A stretch of DNA of 64,000 nt from an uncultured Acidobacteriota bacterium (GTDB lineage: Bacteria; Acidobacteriota; Thermoanaerobaculia; Multivoradales; SZUA-115): positions 288,001 through 352,000 of the forward strand of contig CAWDVR010000005.1 of the NCBI GenBank assembly GCA_963805975.1, in the 5' to 3' direction. Of this stretch, positions 15,932 to 25,148 are shown in pieces; positions within the stretch are counted from its first letter, which is position 1; every line of letters begins with the position of its first letter. Both the position numbers and the translations under genes were made by a program. Under the pieces are notes generated by a model. The model ran no database searches. It saw only the letters and a program-made list of their open reading frames with translations, and was not told the DNA's origin.

Positions 15932-18900
15932 ATGGCGATGAGAACCGCAAGATTCTGGCGCGGCTGGATCCCGCGCTTCGCGTTGCTCGCAGTGTGCGCC
16001 CTGCCGCTCGCGGCGCAGCAGGAGTCCGGCAACTTGTACGGCACGGCGAGCGACGGCAGCGGCGCGCCCCTGCCCGGGGTGAGCGTCACCCTGAGCGGCC
16101 TCGGGGCCCCGCAGACCGCGGCCACCGACGTGCGCGGCAACTTTCGCTTCTTGGGATTGGCGCCTGGAGAGTATCAGCTCGAGGCGAAGCTCGAAGGATT
16201 CGTCCCGGTCAACGTCGCCACCGTCACAGTGAGCGTCGGCCGGGATGTGACCTTGCCTCTCCGCCTCGAGCCGCAGGGCGACGATAGCACGGCGCCCAAC
16301 TATGTCGAGACAGTCGTGATCTCCGCCTCGCCGCTGATGGACGAGCGCAAGCTCGTCCTCGGCACGACCATCACGCAGGCCGAGCTCGAGAAGATCCCCA
16401 CCTCCCGCGACCCCTGGGCGCTCCTCCAGCAGGCGCCCGGCGTGCTCAGCGACCGCATCAACGTCGGCGGCAGCGAGAGCGGCCAGCAGTCGAACTTCGT
16501 GAGCCCGGGCACCAACAGCTGCAACTCCACCTGGGCGGTCGATGGCGTGGTGATCACCGACATGTCGGCCATCGGCTCCTCGCCCTCGTACTACAACTTC
16601 GACGCGTTCTCCGAGATGCAGGTCGCGACCGGCGGCTCGGACGTCTCGCTCGCCACCGGCGGCGTCGCCATCAACATGGTGACCAAGCGCGGCACCAACG
16701 AGTGGCGCGGCTCCGGCCGCTACCTGCTGACCGACGAGGACTGGCAGTCCGATCTCGCGCCCGACGCCGGCGACTTCGCCGCTCCTGGCCCCTGGAACCG
16801 CGGCAACGCGCAGGCGCGCTTCAAGCAGGGCAACCGCACGCAGCAGGTCGAGGACTACGGCCTCGAGGCGGGCGGCGCGCTGGTCACCGACCGGATGTGG
16901 CTCTGGGGCTCCTACGGTGTGCAGGACATCGCGGCGCTCACCATCGACGACGTCACCGACCTGACCGAGCTCGAGAGCTCGGCCGCCAAGCTCAACGTGC
17001 AGCTCGCCAAGGGCAACGAGCTGGTCGCCTTCTTCCACAACGGCGAGAAGCTGAAGGAAGGCCGCGACGCCGGCCCGCTGCGCCCACAGCCCACTACCTG
17101 GAACCAGGACGGGCCCACCACCATCTACAAGCTCGAGGACACGCACCTCTTCAACTCGAACTTCTACCTGAACGGCATGGCCTCCTACGTCGAGAGCGGC
17201 TTCGGGCTCACCCCCCAGGCCGGTGGCGTGGGTGATCCCTCGTTCCCCAACGTGGTGCGCGGGCCGGACCGCGTGTGGCAGAACAGCTTCCTGGGCGTCA
17301 GCACCGATCGGCCGCAGACCCAGGCGAAGCTCGAGAGCAGCTACTTCTGGAACACCGACTCGACGAGCCACGAGCTGCGCGTCGGTGTCGGCTACCGCAA
17401 CGCGGAGACCAACTCGGCGTCCAACTGGCCGGGCCGGCAGATCGTGGGCCGCGCGGACCTGGCGCTCGCCCCCGACGTCTACGTCGGCTTCTCGCGCACC
17501 GAGCGCAACGTGTCGGTCGAGAACGAGTACAAGAGCCTCTTCGTGCAGGACACCCTGACCTGGGGCAACCTGACCGCCAACCTGGGGCTGCGCTACGACC
17601 TCCAGACCGGCGAGAACCTGGCATCGACCATCGCCCCGGCGCCGGTCGATGCCGGCGGCGTGCTCACCGGCGGGCGCTACGCCGGCGGCGACGCCGGCTT
17701 CGAGTGGGAGTCGGTCACCCCGCGCCTGGGCCTCACCTACGCCCTGGGCAAGGACCGTCAGTCGCTGGTGCGTCTCTCCTACTCGCGCTTCGCCGACCAG
17801 CTCTCGAGCGCGCAGGCGAGCAACCTCAACCCGTCCAACTCGCAGTACGGCTTCTTCTACTGGTACGACGGCAACCAGGATCTGGAGCTGACCGAGAACG
17901 AGGTCGGCCCGTTCTTCACCTTCGCGGGGGTCGACCCCTCGCGGCCGGGTCTCTTCACCGTCAACGCCAACGACCCGAACCTCGAGGCGCCCATTACGGA
18001 CGAGCTGGTGGCGAGCTTCGAGCACGCCTTCGCTGCGGACCTGGTGGCCGGCTTCTCGCTCACCGGTCGCCGGTACTCCGGCAACGTCGACCTCGAGCGC
18101 CTGGTGATCGACGAGGGTGCCCCGGCCGGTTCCGTGGGTCGCCACGACCGGCGTGAGGACTACGTGCTCTCCCACCGCCTGCGTGGCTCCCTGCCGGATG
18201 GCTCGACGTTCGACGTGCCGCTCTACACTCTCGATCCAGACCTCCGCTACAACGGTGGCGTGCTGCTCGAGAACAGCGACAGCGAGCAGGAGTACCTGGC
18301 GGCCACGCTCTCCTTGCAGAAGCGCCTCTCCGACCGCTGGCTGCTCCGCGGCCACCTGACCTGGAGCGACTGGACCTGGAGCGTGCCCGACAGCGAGAAC
18401 GAGGACCCGACCTCCGTGCTGCCCGGCAACAGCATCGACGGCGGCGCGGTCCTGGTCGGCGGCCTCACCAACTCCGGCCCGAAGGGCGACGTGTTCATCA
18501 ACAGCAACTGGTCCTACGACCTGTCGGCCCTCTACGAGGTGGCGTCGGACAAGGCCTGGGGCTTCAACGTCGCGGCCAACCTGAACGGTCGCGAGGGCTA
18601 CCCCGTGCCGTACAACGTGGCCGTCGATCCGGGCGATCCGATCGGCGCCCGCAACGTGCTCGCGGTGTCGGACGTCGAGAACTTCCGGGTGGACGACATC
18701 CTGATGCTCAATCTCCGGCTCGAGAAGGAGATCACTTTCGGAGACTTCGGGCTCACCCTCTCTCTCGACGGCTTCAACCTGACGAACGAGTCGTTCGCGT
18801 TGCAGCGCGACAGCGCGCTCGCCGCCCAGATGATCGATCTCGAAACCGGAGACGTCACCGCGGTCGGCAGCTCGAGCGGTGACTTCGTGCGCGAGGTCGT

Positions 18901-18946
18901 CAACCCCCGCATCTTCCGCCTCGGCGCCCGGCTGAGCTTCCGCTAG
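15932..18946 (+). CDS. Oar-like TonB-dependent receptor with carboxypeptidase-regulatory domain
   Basis: GGAGGA RBS; signal peptide; GAPLPGVSVTL..GEYQLEAKLEGF; SRDPWALLQQAPGV; INMVTKRGTNEWRG; NLGLRYD; ends PRIFRLGARLSFR. Confidence 0.93.
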   Translation: MAMRTARFWRGWIPRFALLAVCALPLAAQQESGNLYGTASDGSGAPLPGVSVTLSGLGAPQTAATDVRGNFRFLGLAPGEYQLEAKLEGFVPVNVATVTVSVGRDVTLPLRLEPQGDDSTAPNYVETVVISASPLMDERKLVLGTTITQAELEKIPTSRDPWALLQQAPGVLSDRINVGGSESGQQSNFVSPGTNSCNSTWAVDGVVITDMSAIGSSPSYYNFDAFSEMQVATGGSDVSLATGGVAINMVTKRGTNEWRGSGRYLLTDEDWQSDLAPDAGDFAAPGPWNRGNAQARFKQGNRTQQVEDYGLEAGGALVTDRMWLWGSYGVQDIAALTIDDVTDLTELESSAAKLNVQLAKGNELVAFFHNGEKLKEGRDAGPLRPQPTTWNQDGPTTIYKLEDTHLFNSNFYLNGMASYVESGFGLTPQAGGVGDPSFPNVVRGPDRVWQNSFLGVSTDRPQTQAKLESSYFWNTDSTSHELRVGVGYRNAETNSASNWPGRQIVGRADLALAPDVYVGFSRTERNVSVENEYKSLFVQDTLTWGNLTANLGLRYDLQTGENLASTIAPAPVDAGGVLTGGRYAGGDAGFEWESVTPRLGLTYALGKDRQSLVRLSYSRFADQLSSAQASNLNPSNSQYGFFYWYDGNQDLELTENEVGPFFTFAGVDPSRPGLFTVNANDPNLEAPITDELVASFEHAFAADLVAGFSLTGRRYSGNVDLERLVIDEGAPAGSVGRHDRREDYVLSHRLRGSLPDGSTFDVPLYTLDPDLRYNGGVLLENSDSEQEYLAATLSLQKRLSDRWLLRGHLTWSDWTWSVPDSENEDPTSVLPGNSIDGGAVLVGGLTNSGPKGDVFINSNWSYDLSALYEVASDKAWGFNVAANLNGREGYPVPYNVAVDPGDPIGARNVLAVSDVENFRVDDILMLNLRLEKEITFGDFGLTLSLDGFNLTNESFALQRDSALAAQMIDLETGDVTAVGSSSGDFVREVVNPRIFRLGARLSFR

Positions 18947-18971
18947 AGCCAGGCCCGAAAACCCACCCCCA

Positions 18972-18999
18972 CGACCGCCGGGGAAGCTCCCGGCGGTCG
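18972..18999. terminator. Hairpin between convergent genes
   Basis: CGACCGCCGGG-gaagct-CCCGGCGGTCG. Confidence 0.55.
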
Positions 19000-19019
19000 C
19001 CTACCCCTTCTCACCAGAG

Positions 19020-19898
19020 CTAGAGGCCCTCGTAGATCTCCGGGCGGGGGCCGGTGCAGGCGCAGGCCTGGAGGACGACCTGGTCGGTCGCCTTGCCGCA
19101 GGCCTCGACGTGGATGTTGCTGATGGCGTTGCCGATGTCGAAGCCTCCGAGCACGATGGTGACCCGCTTGGTGTCGGTCTGCTCCTTGGCGCGGTCGAGA
19201 ACCTCCGGCGCGATCACCCCGGTGACGAAGAACTGGGCGTCCACCCGCAGCCGGTTGGCCTTCTCGACCTTGTAGTTGCCGAAAGAGTTCTTCTTGAAGA
19301 AGGCGGCCTGGGCATAGGGGGCGAAGAGCAGGACGCCATCCATCCTGTGGGCCGACTGGCGGAGCCGGAACGATCCACTGTCCTTGAACACGACTGGCGC
19401 GGTGCAGTCGGCCGGCACGCTCAGGCTGGTCGGCACGCCCAGATAGGGGTCGCGCGGGTCGATGCCGTCGGGGAACTGCACCTCGGCGTAGCGCTCTGCG
19501 AGCTTGGGCAGCAGGGCCTCCACCTCGGCGGCGATGACCTTGGGGTCCGCACCGCGGCGGCCCTGCATCCAGATCTGCTCGAGCAGGTAGTAGCTGTAGT
19601 CGCGGCCGATCTCGGCGCACAGCGTCTCGTGATAGCGGCAGTCGAAGGGAGCGCTCATCCGTTCGAGGGCCTCACCGCGGTCGTAGTTGTCCTCGCCCAT
19701 GTACTCGTCCATCAGCCGCAGGATCTCGTCGGCCGAGAGGTCGAAGAGGTAGTCGGAAGACGTTCCTCCGTGCGCGGGCATCGTCAGCGCGGCGAGCCCA
19801 ACGAGCAGAGCGAGCGCGCGCAGGCCGCGGCCCAGAGAGGCGAAGCCCAGAGAAATGAAGAAATTGCGGTTGCCGAGGGCAGACGATCCACGGAACAT
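19020..19898 (-). CDS. Secreted Cys-containing hypothetical protein
   Basis: GAGGAG RBS before MFRGSS; signal region ending PAHG; strong GC3 codon bias; six Cys. Confidence 0.75.
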   Translation of the reverse strand: MFRGSSALGNRNFFISLGFASLGRGLRALALLVGLAALTMPAHGGTSSDYLFDLSADEILRLMDEYMGEDNYDRGEALERMSAPFDCRYHETLCAEIGRDYSYYLLEQIWMQGRRGADPKVIAAEVEALLPKLAERYAEVQFPDGIDPRDPYLGVPTSLSVPADCTAPVVFKDSGSFRLRQSAHRMDGVLLFAPYAQAAFFKKNSFGNYKVEKANRLRVDAQFFVTGVIAPEVLDRAKEQTDTKRVTIVLGGFDIGNAISNIHVEACGKATDQVVLQACACTGPRPEIYEGL

Positions 19899-20053
19899 GG
19901 TTTTCTCCTCAGAGTCCGGCGCGGCCCTGCCGCGCCGGCGATGGTTGGTCTTCTGTCGTATCGGTTCAGACAGCGGGCGGCGGTGTGCCGCCCATCGAGT
20001 GCATTGTCGCGGCCGAGCAGACCGGGCAGAACTGACCTGCGGCCGGACTTTGT

Positions 20054-20111
20054 CCTGTCTTTTGGGCCCTGCCCTTCGGCCCCTGTCTTTCGGCGGGGCG
20101 CTGCCTTTTGG
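20054..20111. repeat. Four imperfect 12-bp direct repeats (CCTGYCYTTYGG) in a divergent promoter region
   Basis: CCTGTCTTTTGG (20054), CCTGCCCTTCGG (20068), CCTGTCTTTCGG (20082), GCTGCCTTTTGG (20100); spacing 14, 14, 18. Confidence 0.6.
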
Positions 20112-20147
20112 TGGGTCTGTCCGCGCCTGCACCCGGCTGGCGGTAAC

Positions 20148-22958
20148 ATGCCGCGCTCTGCGTTAGAAGAGAGAAAGGCAGTCCTGTCGGGGCGAGGAGA
20201 GGCGGGTTTGAACGATCGCAAGCGTGTGGATGCGCTGTTCGCGGCGGCGCTCGAGCTGGCACCAACGGAGCGGCGAGCTTTTCTCGCTCGCGAGTGCGAG
20301 ACCGCGGAGCTTCGCGCGGCCGTGGAGCGCTTGCTGGCGGCGAGCGAGCGGAGCGTGACGGAGCCACGCATCGGCCCCGCACTCTGGCAGCAGCTCTCGA
20401 ATGATCTCGGGGGAATGGTCTTGGCGCCGGGAGACTGCGTGGGTGCCTGGCGCATCGTCGGCGAGCTGGGCCGCGGCGGCATGGCCGTGGTCTACCTGGC
20501 GGAGCGGGCGGACGGCCAGTACCAGCAGCGGGCGGCGCTCAAGATGATGGAGCGGGCGGCCTCCGATCTGCCTGCCATGGCCCGCTTCCACCGCGAGCGC
20601 CAGATCCTCGCCAGGCTCGAGCACCCCAACATCGCCCGGCTCCTCGACGGCGGCATCGCGCCGGATGGCCGGCCCTACTTCGTGATGGAGCTCGTGGAGG
20701 GCTCGCGCCTCGACACCTACTGTGACCGGGAGCGGCTCGACGTACGACGGCGGTTGGCGCTCTTCGCGCAGGTGGGGCGAGCGGTGGCCGCGGCGCACCG
20801 GCAGCTCGTGGTGCACCGGGACATCAAACCCGCGAACATCCTGGTGGGCGAGGACGGCAGCCCCAAGCTCCTCGACTTCGGCATCGCCAAACTGATCGAG
20901 GAGGAGGGCACGGCATCCGCAGCCGACCTGACGCGGGCCATGGCGCCGATGACGCCGCGCTACGCCAGCCCGGAACAGGCGGCCGGCGCGCCCGTGACGA
21001 CGGCATCGGACGTCTACCAGCTCGGGCTGCTGCTCTACGAGCTGCTGGCGGGGGAACGGGCTTTCGAGCCCACGGGCAGGACCCCGAGCGAGCTCGAGGA
21101 GCGGGCGGCGACGCGACAGCCAGCGCGGCCGAGCGCCGTAGTGACGCGAGCGCCGGACGACGAGCGTGCCCAGCGGCGTGGTTGTGCCTCGGGCCGCCAG
21201 TTGCGCAAGCTCCTGGCCGGCGACCTCGACACCGTGGTGCTCACCGCTCTGCGCCCGCAGGCCGAACGGCGTTACGAGTCGGCGTCGCGGCTGGTGGAGG
21301 ACGTGGAGCGGTACCTCGCGGGTCGGCCCATCCTGGCGCGGCCGGACTCCCCGGCCTATCGCGCGCGGAAGTTCGTGGGACGCAACCGCTGGGCCGTGGC
21401 CGCGAGCGCGGCGGGGCTCGCGGCGGTGGTGGGGCTCTCGGTGTTCTACGCCGTGCGCCTGCGGGCCGAGCGGGACACGGCCCGGCAGGAGGCCGAGAAG
21501 GCGCGGCAGGTGTCACGCTTCCTGGAGGGGATCTTCCAGGCACCGGACCCCTTTTCGCTCCGCAGCACCGCCAGCCTGACGGCGTTGGAGCTGCTCGACG
21601 AGGGCGCCGCCAAGCTCGAGACCGGCGGCGACGTCTCGCTTGCCGGCCAACCCGCGGTCAGGGCCGCGATGCTCCAAACCATCGCTTCGGTGTATCGCAA
21701 GCTGGTCCGGTTCGAGCCCGCGGAGCGGCTGGCCCGCCGGGCGCTCGAGCTGCGGGTCCGCGAGCTGGGCGAGGATCACCCGGAGACCCTCGAGAGCCGG
21801 TACGAGCTGGCGAGCATCCTCGCGGTTCAGGATCGCGCAGACGAGGCCCTGACGCTGCACCAGCGGGTGCTCGCGGCGCGGCGGCGGGTTCTGGGAGCGG
21901 AGCACGTGCAGGTTGCCTTGAGCCTCAGCGAGATCTCCAACCTCTCGCACCGCCAGGGCCTCTTCGAAGAGGCGCGGCAGGCGGCCGAGCAGGCCATCGC
22001 TATCTACCAGCGATTGCCCGAGCCGGAGCCCTTGCGCCTGGCCTGGGCACACCTCTATCTCGGGCGGACCTTGAACTCGCTCGAGCGCTCGCAGGAAGCG
22101 CTCGGCTCCTACCAGCGGGCGATCGCGCTGCTGCGCAGCCACGTCGATCCTCACCATCCGAGCATCCCGCCCTTTCTCTCGGAGCTGGCCTCGGTCTACT
22201 ACAACCTGGGCCAGCTCGACGATGGTCTGCGGAGCTATCGCGAGGCCCTCGAGGCCGCCGAGGCGAGCCCCCGCGTGCACGAGGGGCAGGCGGCCGTCAT
22301 CCGCGTCAATGCCGCCCACGGGGCCATCGTCTCCGAGCGCTATGACGAAGCTCTGAGGATGGCCGACCAGAGCCTGCCGGTGCTCGCGAGAGTGCTGGGG
22401 CCGGACACGTTCTGGATCGGCATCGGCCACTATCGCCGCGCTCGCGCGCTGCACGGGCTGGGGCGATCCGAAGAAGGGCTGCTGGATCTCGCCGAGGCGA
22501 GGCGGCGTCTCGCCGCCGCCTTCGGCGAGACCTCCCCGGACGTCATCCTCTGCGACAAGGTCGGGGGCACGCTTCTGGCCGCGGTCGGCAGGCAGCGCGA
22601 GGCCGTCGAGCGGCTGCGCGGGGTTCTCGCTTTGGCCCCGAGCGTGCTCGCCGCCGACTCCTGGATCCGCCAGGAGACCCTGGACGAGCTGGGCAGGGTC
22701 GAGCTGGAGCACGGGGACCTCGCCGCGGCAGAGGGCGCTTTCCGCCAGGCCCTCGAGCTCGGCCACCGTCTCTGGCCCAAGGGCACGGCCGAGCTCACGG
22801 CGGCCGAAGCGAGGCTGGGCACGATTCTGCTGGGGCGGGGCGACAGGCAAGGGGCCCGCCAGGCGCTCGAGCGTGCCCTGGCTCTGCTCACCCGCGTACA
22901 GGGAGTGACGCCGAAGGTCGAGAAAACCGTGCGCGACCTCGAAGCGTCGCTGCGGTAG
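20148..22958 (+). CDS. Membrane Hanks-type Ser/Thr protein kinase with C-terminal TPR repeats
   Basis: LGRGGMAVVY, AALK, HRDIKPANIL, DFG, YASPEQ, DVYQLG; TM helix; LGEDHPET-type TPRs. Start is ATG 20148 or TTG 20208. Confidence 0.93.
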   Translation: MPRSALEERKAVLSGRGEAGLNDRKRVDALFAAALELAPTERRAFLARECETAELRAAVERLLAASERSVTEPRIGPALWQQLSNDLGGMVLAPGDCVGAWRIVGELGRGGMAVVYLAERADGQYQQRAALKMMERAASDLPAMARFHRERQILARLEHPNIARLLDGGIAPDGRPYFVMELVEGSRLDTYCDRERLDVRRRLALFAQVGRAVAAAHRQLVVHRDIKPANILVGEDGSPKLLDFGIAKLIEEEGTASAADLTRAMAPMTPRYASPEQAAGAPVTTASDVYQLGLLLYELLAGERAFEPTGRTPSELEERAATRQPARPSAVVTRAPDDERAQRRGCASGRQLRKLLAGDLDTVVLTALRPQAERRYESASRLVEDVERYLAGRPILARPDSPAYRARKFVGRNRWAVAASAAGLAAVVGLSVFYAVRLRAERDTARQEAEKARQVSRFLEGIFQAPDPFSLRSTASLTALELLDEGAAKLETGGDVSLAGQPAVRAAMLQTIASVYRKLVRFEPAERLARRALELRVRELGEDHPETLESRYELASILAVQDRADEALTLHQRVLAARRRVLGAEHVQVALSLSEISNLSHRQGLFEEARQAAEQAIAIYQRLPEPEPLRLAWAHLYLGRTLNSLERSQEALGSYQRAIALLRSHVDPHHPSIPPFLSELASVYYNLGQLDDGLRSYREALEAAEASPRVHEGQAAVIRVNAAHGAIVSERYDEALRMADQSLPVLARVLGPDTFWIGIGHYRRARALHGLGRSEEGLLDLAEARRRLAAAFGETSPDVILCDKVGGTLLAAVGRQREAVERLRGVLALAPSVLAADSWIRQETLDELGRVELEHGDLAAAEGAFRQALELGHRLWPKGTAELTAAEARLGTILLGRGDRQGARQALERALALLTRVQGVTPKVEKTVRDLEASLR

Positions 22959-22980
22959 GAAGCCGGGCGGCCCGCCGCCG

Positions 22981-23499
22981 TCAGGGGGAAGCGGCGAGCG
23001 TGTACTCGAAGTCGTAGAAGTGCTTGCCGTCCGTGATCTCGATCCCCATCTTACCGGCGAGGCCGGCCAGCTGGCCCGTGCCGGAGTCCGGCACCACGGT
23101 GATCGAGAGCTGCGGCGTGCCGCGTGCCATGGTGCCGCTGTGCTGGAGCATGAAGGTGCCGGTGCGGCCCTGGAGCGTGCCGCTGACCTTCTCGATCGCC
23201 ACGTAACCGGCCGAGCCCTGAACCTCCGTCATGGCGGTCAGCATCGTGCCCTTGGCCGTCGCCTCGAGATCGCCGTGATACTGCTTGTCGAGCGACATCC
23301 TGCCCAGGGTGGCGTCGTCCGCCGCCTGGGGGGCGAGCTTCACGTCGAAGGTCCCACGCACACGAGCCGTCACATCCACCTCCTTCTGCATTGCACCCGA
23401 ACCCGACACCGGCGCCTGGGCAGAGGCCCAGGGCCCAGGGCCAAGGGACAGGCAGAGACCCACGACAACCCCGGCCGCGACACGAAGTCGGTTGCTCAT
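22981..23499 (-). CDS. DUF3224 family protein
   Basis: [64 protein letters not shown]. Confidence 0.88.
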   Translation of the reverse strand: MSNRLRVAAGVVVGLCLSLGPGPWASAQAPVSGSGAMQKEVDVTARVRGTFDVKLAPQAADDATLGRMSLDKQYHGDLEATAKGTMLTAMTEVQGSAGYVAIEKVSGTLQGRTGTFMLQHSGTMARGTPQLSITVVPDSGTGQLAGLAGKMGIEITDGKHFYDFEYTLAASP

Positions 23500-23560
23500 C
23501 CTTGCTCCCTCGGGCATGCACGGCCCCTTCTCGAGTCTGCCGATGCTACTCCACCTGGTG

Positions 23561-23588
23561 TGTCATCCCGAGCGCAGCGAAGGATCTC
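23561..23588. repeat. Single REP-like element (GTCATCCCGAGCGCAGCGAAGGATCT)
   Basis: Short intergenic imperfect palindrome (ATCC..GGAT) resembling a widespread REP class; one copy in the window. Confidence 0.4.
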
Positions 23589-23612
23589 GGCCCCCATGCG
23601 CTGCCGGGCCCG

Positions 23613-24992
23613 CTACCGCACGCGTACCACCACCAGCGTCACGTCGTCGCTGCGCCGCACGTCGCCCTTGAAGTTCGAGAGGTCGGCGAGCACGAGGTTG
23701 CGCACCTCGCGTGCCGGGCGGCCGCGGCTGGCGGCGTCGGCGAGGATCTTGGTCAGCCGCTCCAGGCCGTAGCCCTCGCCGTCGCCGTTGGCGGTCTCGG
23801 TCAGCCCGTCGGTGAAGAAGCAGACGAGATCGCCGACCTCGAGCGGCGACTCCACCTCGGAGTAGTGGCTGCGGAGCCGGGTGCCGAGGGGCAGGGCCGG
23901 GCAGGAGATCTCTTCCACCTCGCCGCTCGCCGCGGCGTAGCGCAGCGGCGGCGGATGGCCGGCCGAGGACAGGCGCAGGCGTCGTGCCACCGGGTCGAGG
24001 AAGCTCGCGAGGAGCGTCACCAGCATGCGGCGGTCAGTGGTGTGGCGCACCATGCCGTCGAGCTGCTCGAGCACCACGGCCGGCGAGGAGAGCTCGTTGC
24101 GCAGCAGGTAGAGGCAGCTCCTGAGGCCCGAGAGCAGCAGGCCGCTCGCCAGGCCGTGGCCGGCCACGTCGCCGACCACGATCGACAGGCCCCGCCCGGC
24201 ACCCGGCACGCCGGACGGGGCGGCGGGCACCTCCAGCTCGAAGAAGGCGTAGTAGTCGCCTCCCACCTCGCTCGCCGGCAGGGAGACGCTGGCGATGTCG
24301 AGCCAGGGAAGCTGCGGCGTGGTCCGCGGCAGCATGCTGAGCTGGATCTGCCGTGCGTCCTCGATCTCCGACTGGATCCGGCTGCGTTCGCGGTCGAGCG
24401 ACATCTCGCGGCGCCACTCGCCGATAAACGCCTGGCGGCGGCTGCGCGCCAGGCTGGTGGCGACGGAGAGGAACAGGGCGGTGGCGAGAGTGGGCCACAG
24501 CACTCCACCCAGCCCGCGCGGCGCGCCCCAGAGGCCGGTGAGCTTGGTGGTCCAGAGCCAGACGGCCACCGCCCACATCACCGCCAGAAGGGCCGCGTAC
24601 TCGACGCCGCGCAGCCGGAAGACGAGCACCAGGAAGGGGAAGACGAGCCCGGCGAGCGCCACCCGCATCTCGGGTGCAAGGCCCCAGAGTGGGAACACCG
24701 CCAGGCCGAGCTGGAGGAGCAGGAAGGCGATGCAGACGGCGCGGAAGCGGTCGGCGAGGAGGCGCGAATCGCTCTTCAGGTAGACGACCACCAGCAGCAC
24801 CGCGTTGCCCAGGGCCACGGCCATCGGCCAGGGCCTGGCAAGGGCGAAGGAGAGCAGGCCGACGCCCAGCGAGATGGTGCCGGCCACCACCGCCAGCCGC
24901 CAGAGCACGGCGGTGTTGACGTTCTCCTGATGGCGGCGGACAGCCCCCTGCTCTTCGGAGAGATGGACCTGTAGCTCGTCCGCGCCGCCCAT
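23613..24992 (-). CDS. Membrane PP2C / SpoIIE (RsbU-like) protein phosphatase
   Basis: About 6 N-terminal TM helices; ARQIQLSMLP, VGGDYY, VGDVAGHG, AGHPPP, FTDGLTE, DDVTLVVV. Confidence 0.92.
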   Translation of the reverse strand: MGGADELQVHLSEEQGAVRRHQENVNTAVLWRLAVVAGTISLGVGLLSFALARPWPMAVALGNAVLLVVVYLKSDSRLLADRFRAVCIAFLLLQLGLAVFPLWGLAPEMRVALAGLVFPFLVLVFRLRGVEYAALLAVMWAVAVWLWTTKLTGLWGAPRGLGGVLWPTLATALFLSVATSLARSRRQAFIGEWRREMSLDRERSRIQSEIEDARQIQLSMLPRTTPQLPWLDIASVSLPASEVGGDYYAFFELEVPAAPSGVPGAGRGLSIVVGDVAGHGLASGLLLSGLRSCLYLLRNELSSPAVVLEQLDGMVRHTTDRRMLVTLLASFLDPVARRLRLSSAGHPPPLRYAAASGEVEEISCPALPLGTRLRSHYSEVESPLEVGDLVCFFTDGLTETANGDGEGYGLERLTKILADAASRGRPAREVRNLVLADLSNFKGDVRRSDDVTLVVVRVR

Positions 24993-25148
24993 GGAGGGGC
25001 ACTACTGTACCCCGAGCGCGCGGGCGGCTACCTCCCGCCCCGGAAGAGGATCGTCCATCCTTCGCTCCACGCCTGGTCGCGCGTGTAGGATGTACGCTTC
25101 GAACGTCAGCTCTCGAAGGAAGCCAACTCCCACCGGGAAGGAGTCCCC

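Noticed and set aside
19110-20147. N-terminal extension of the kinase to 1282 aa
   Set aside because: It overlaps the minus-strand gene 19020-19898 and the intergenic repeats; kinase-family sequence begins near 20148-20208.
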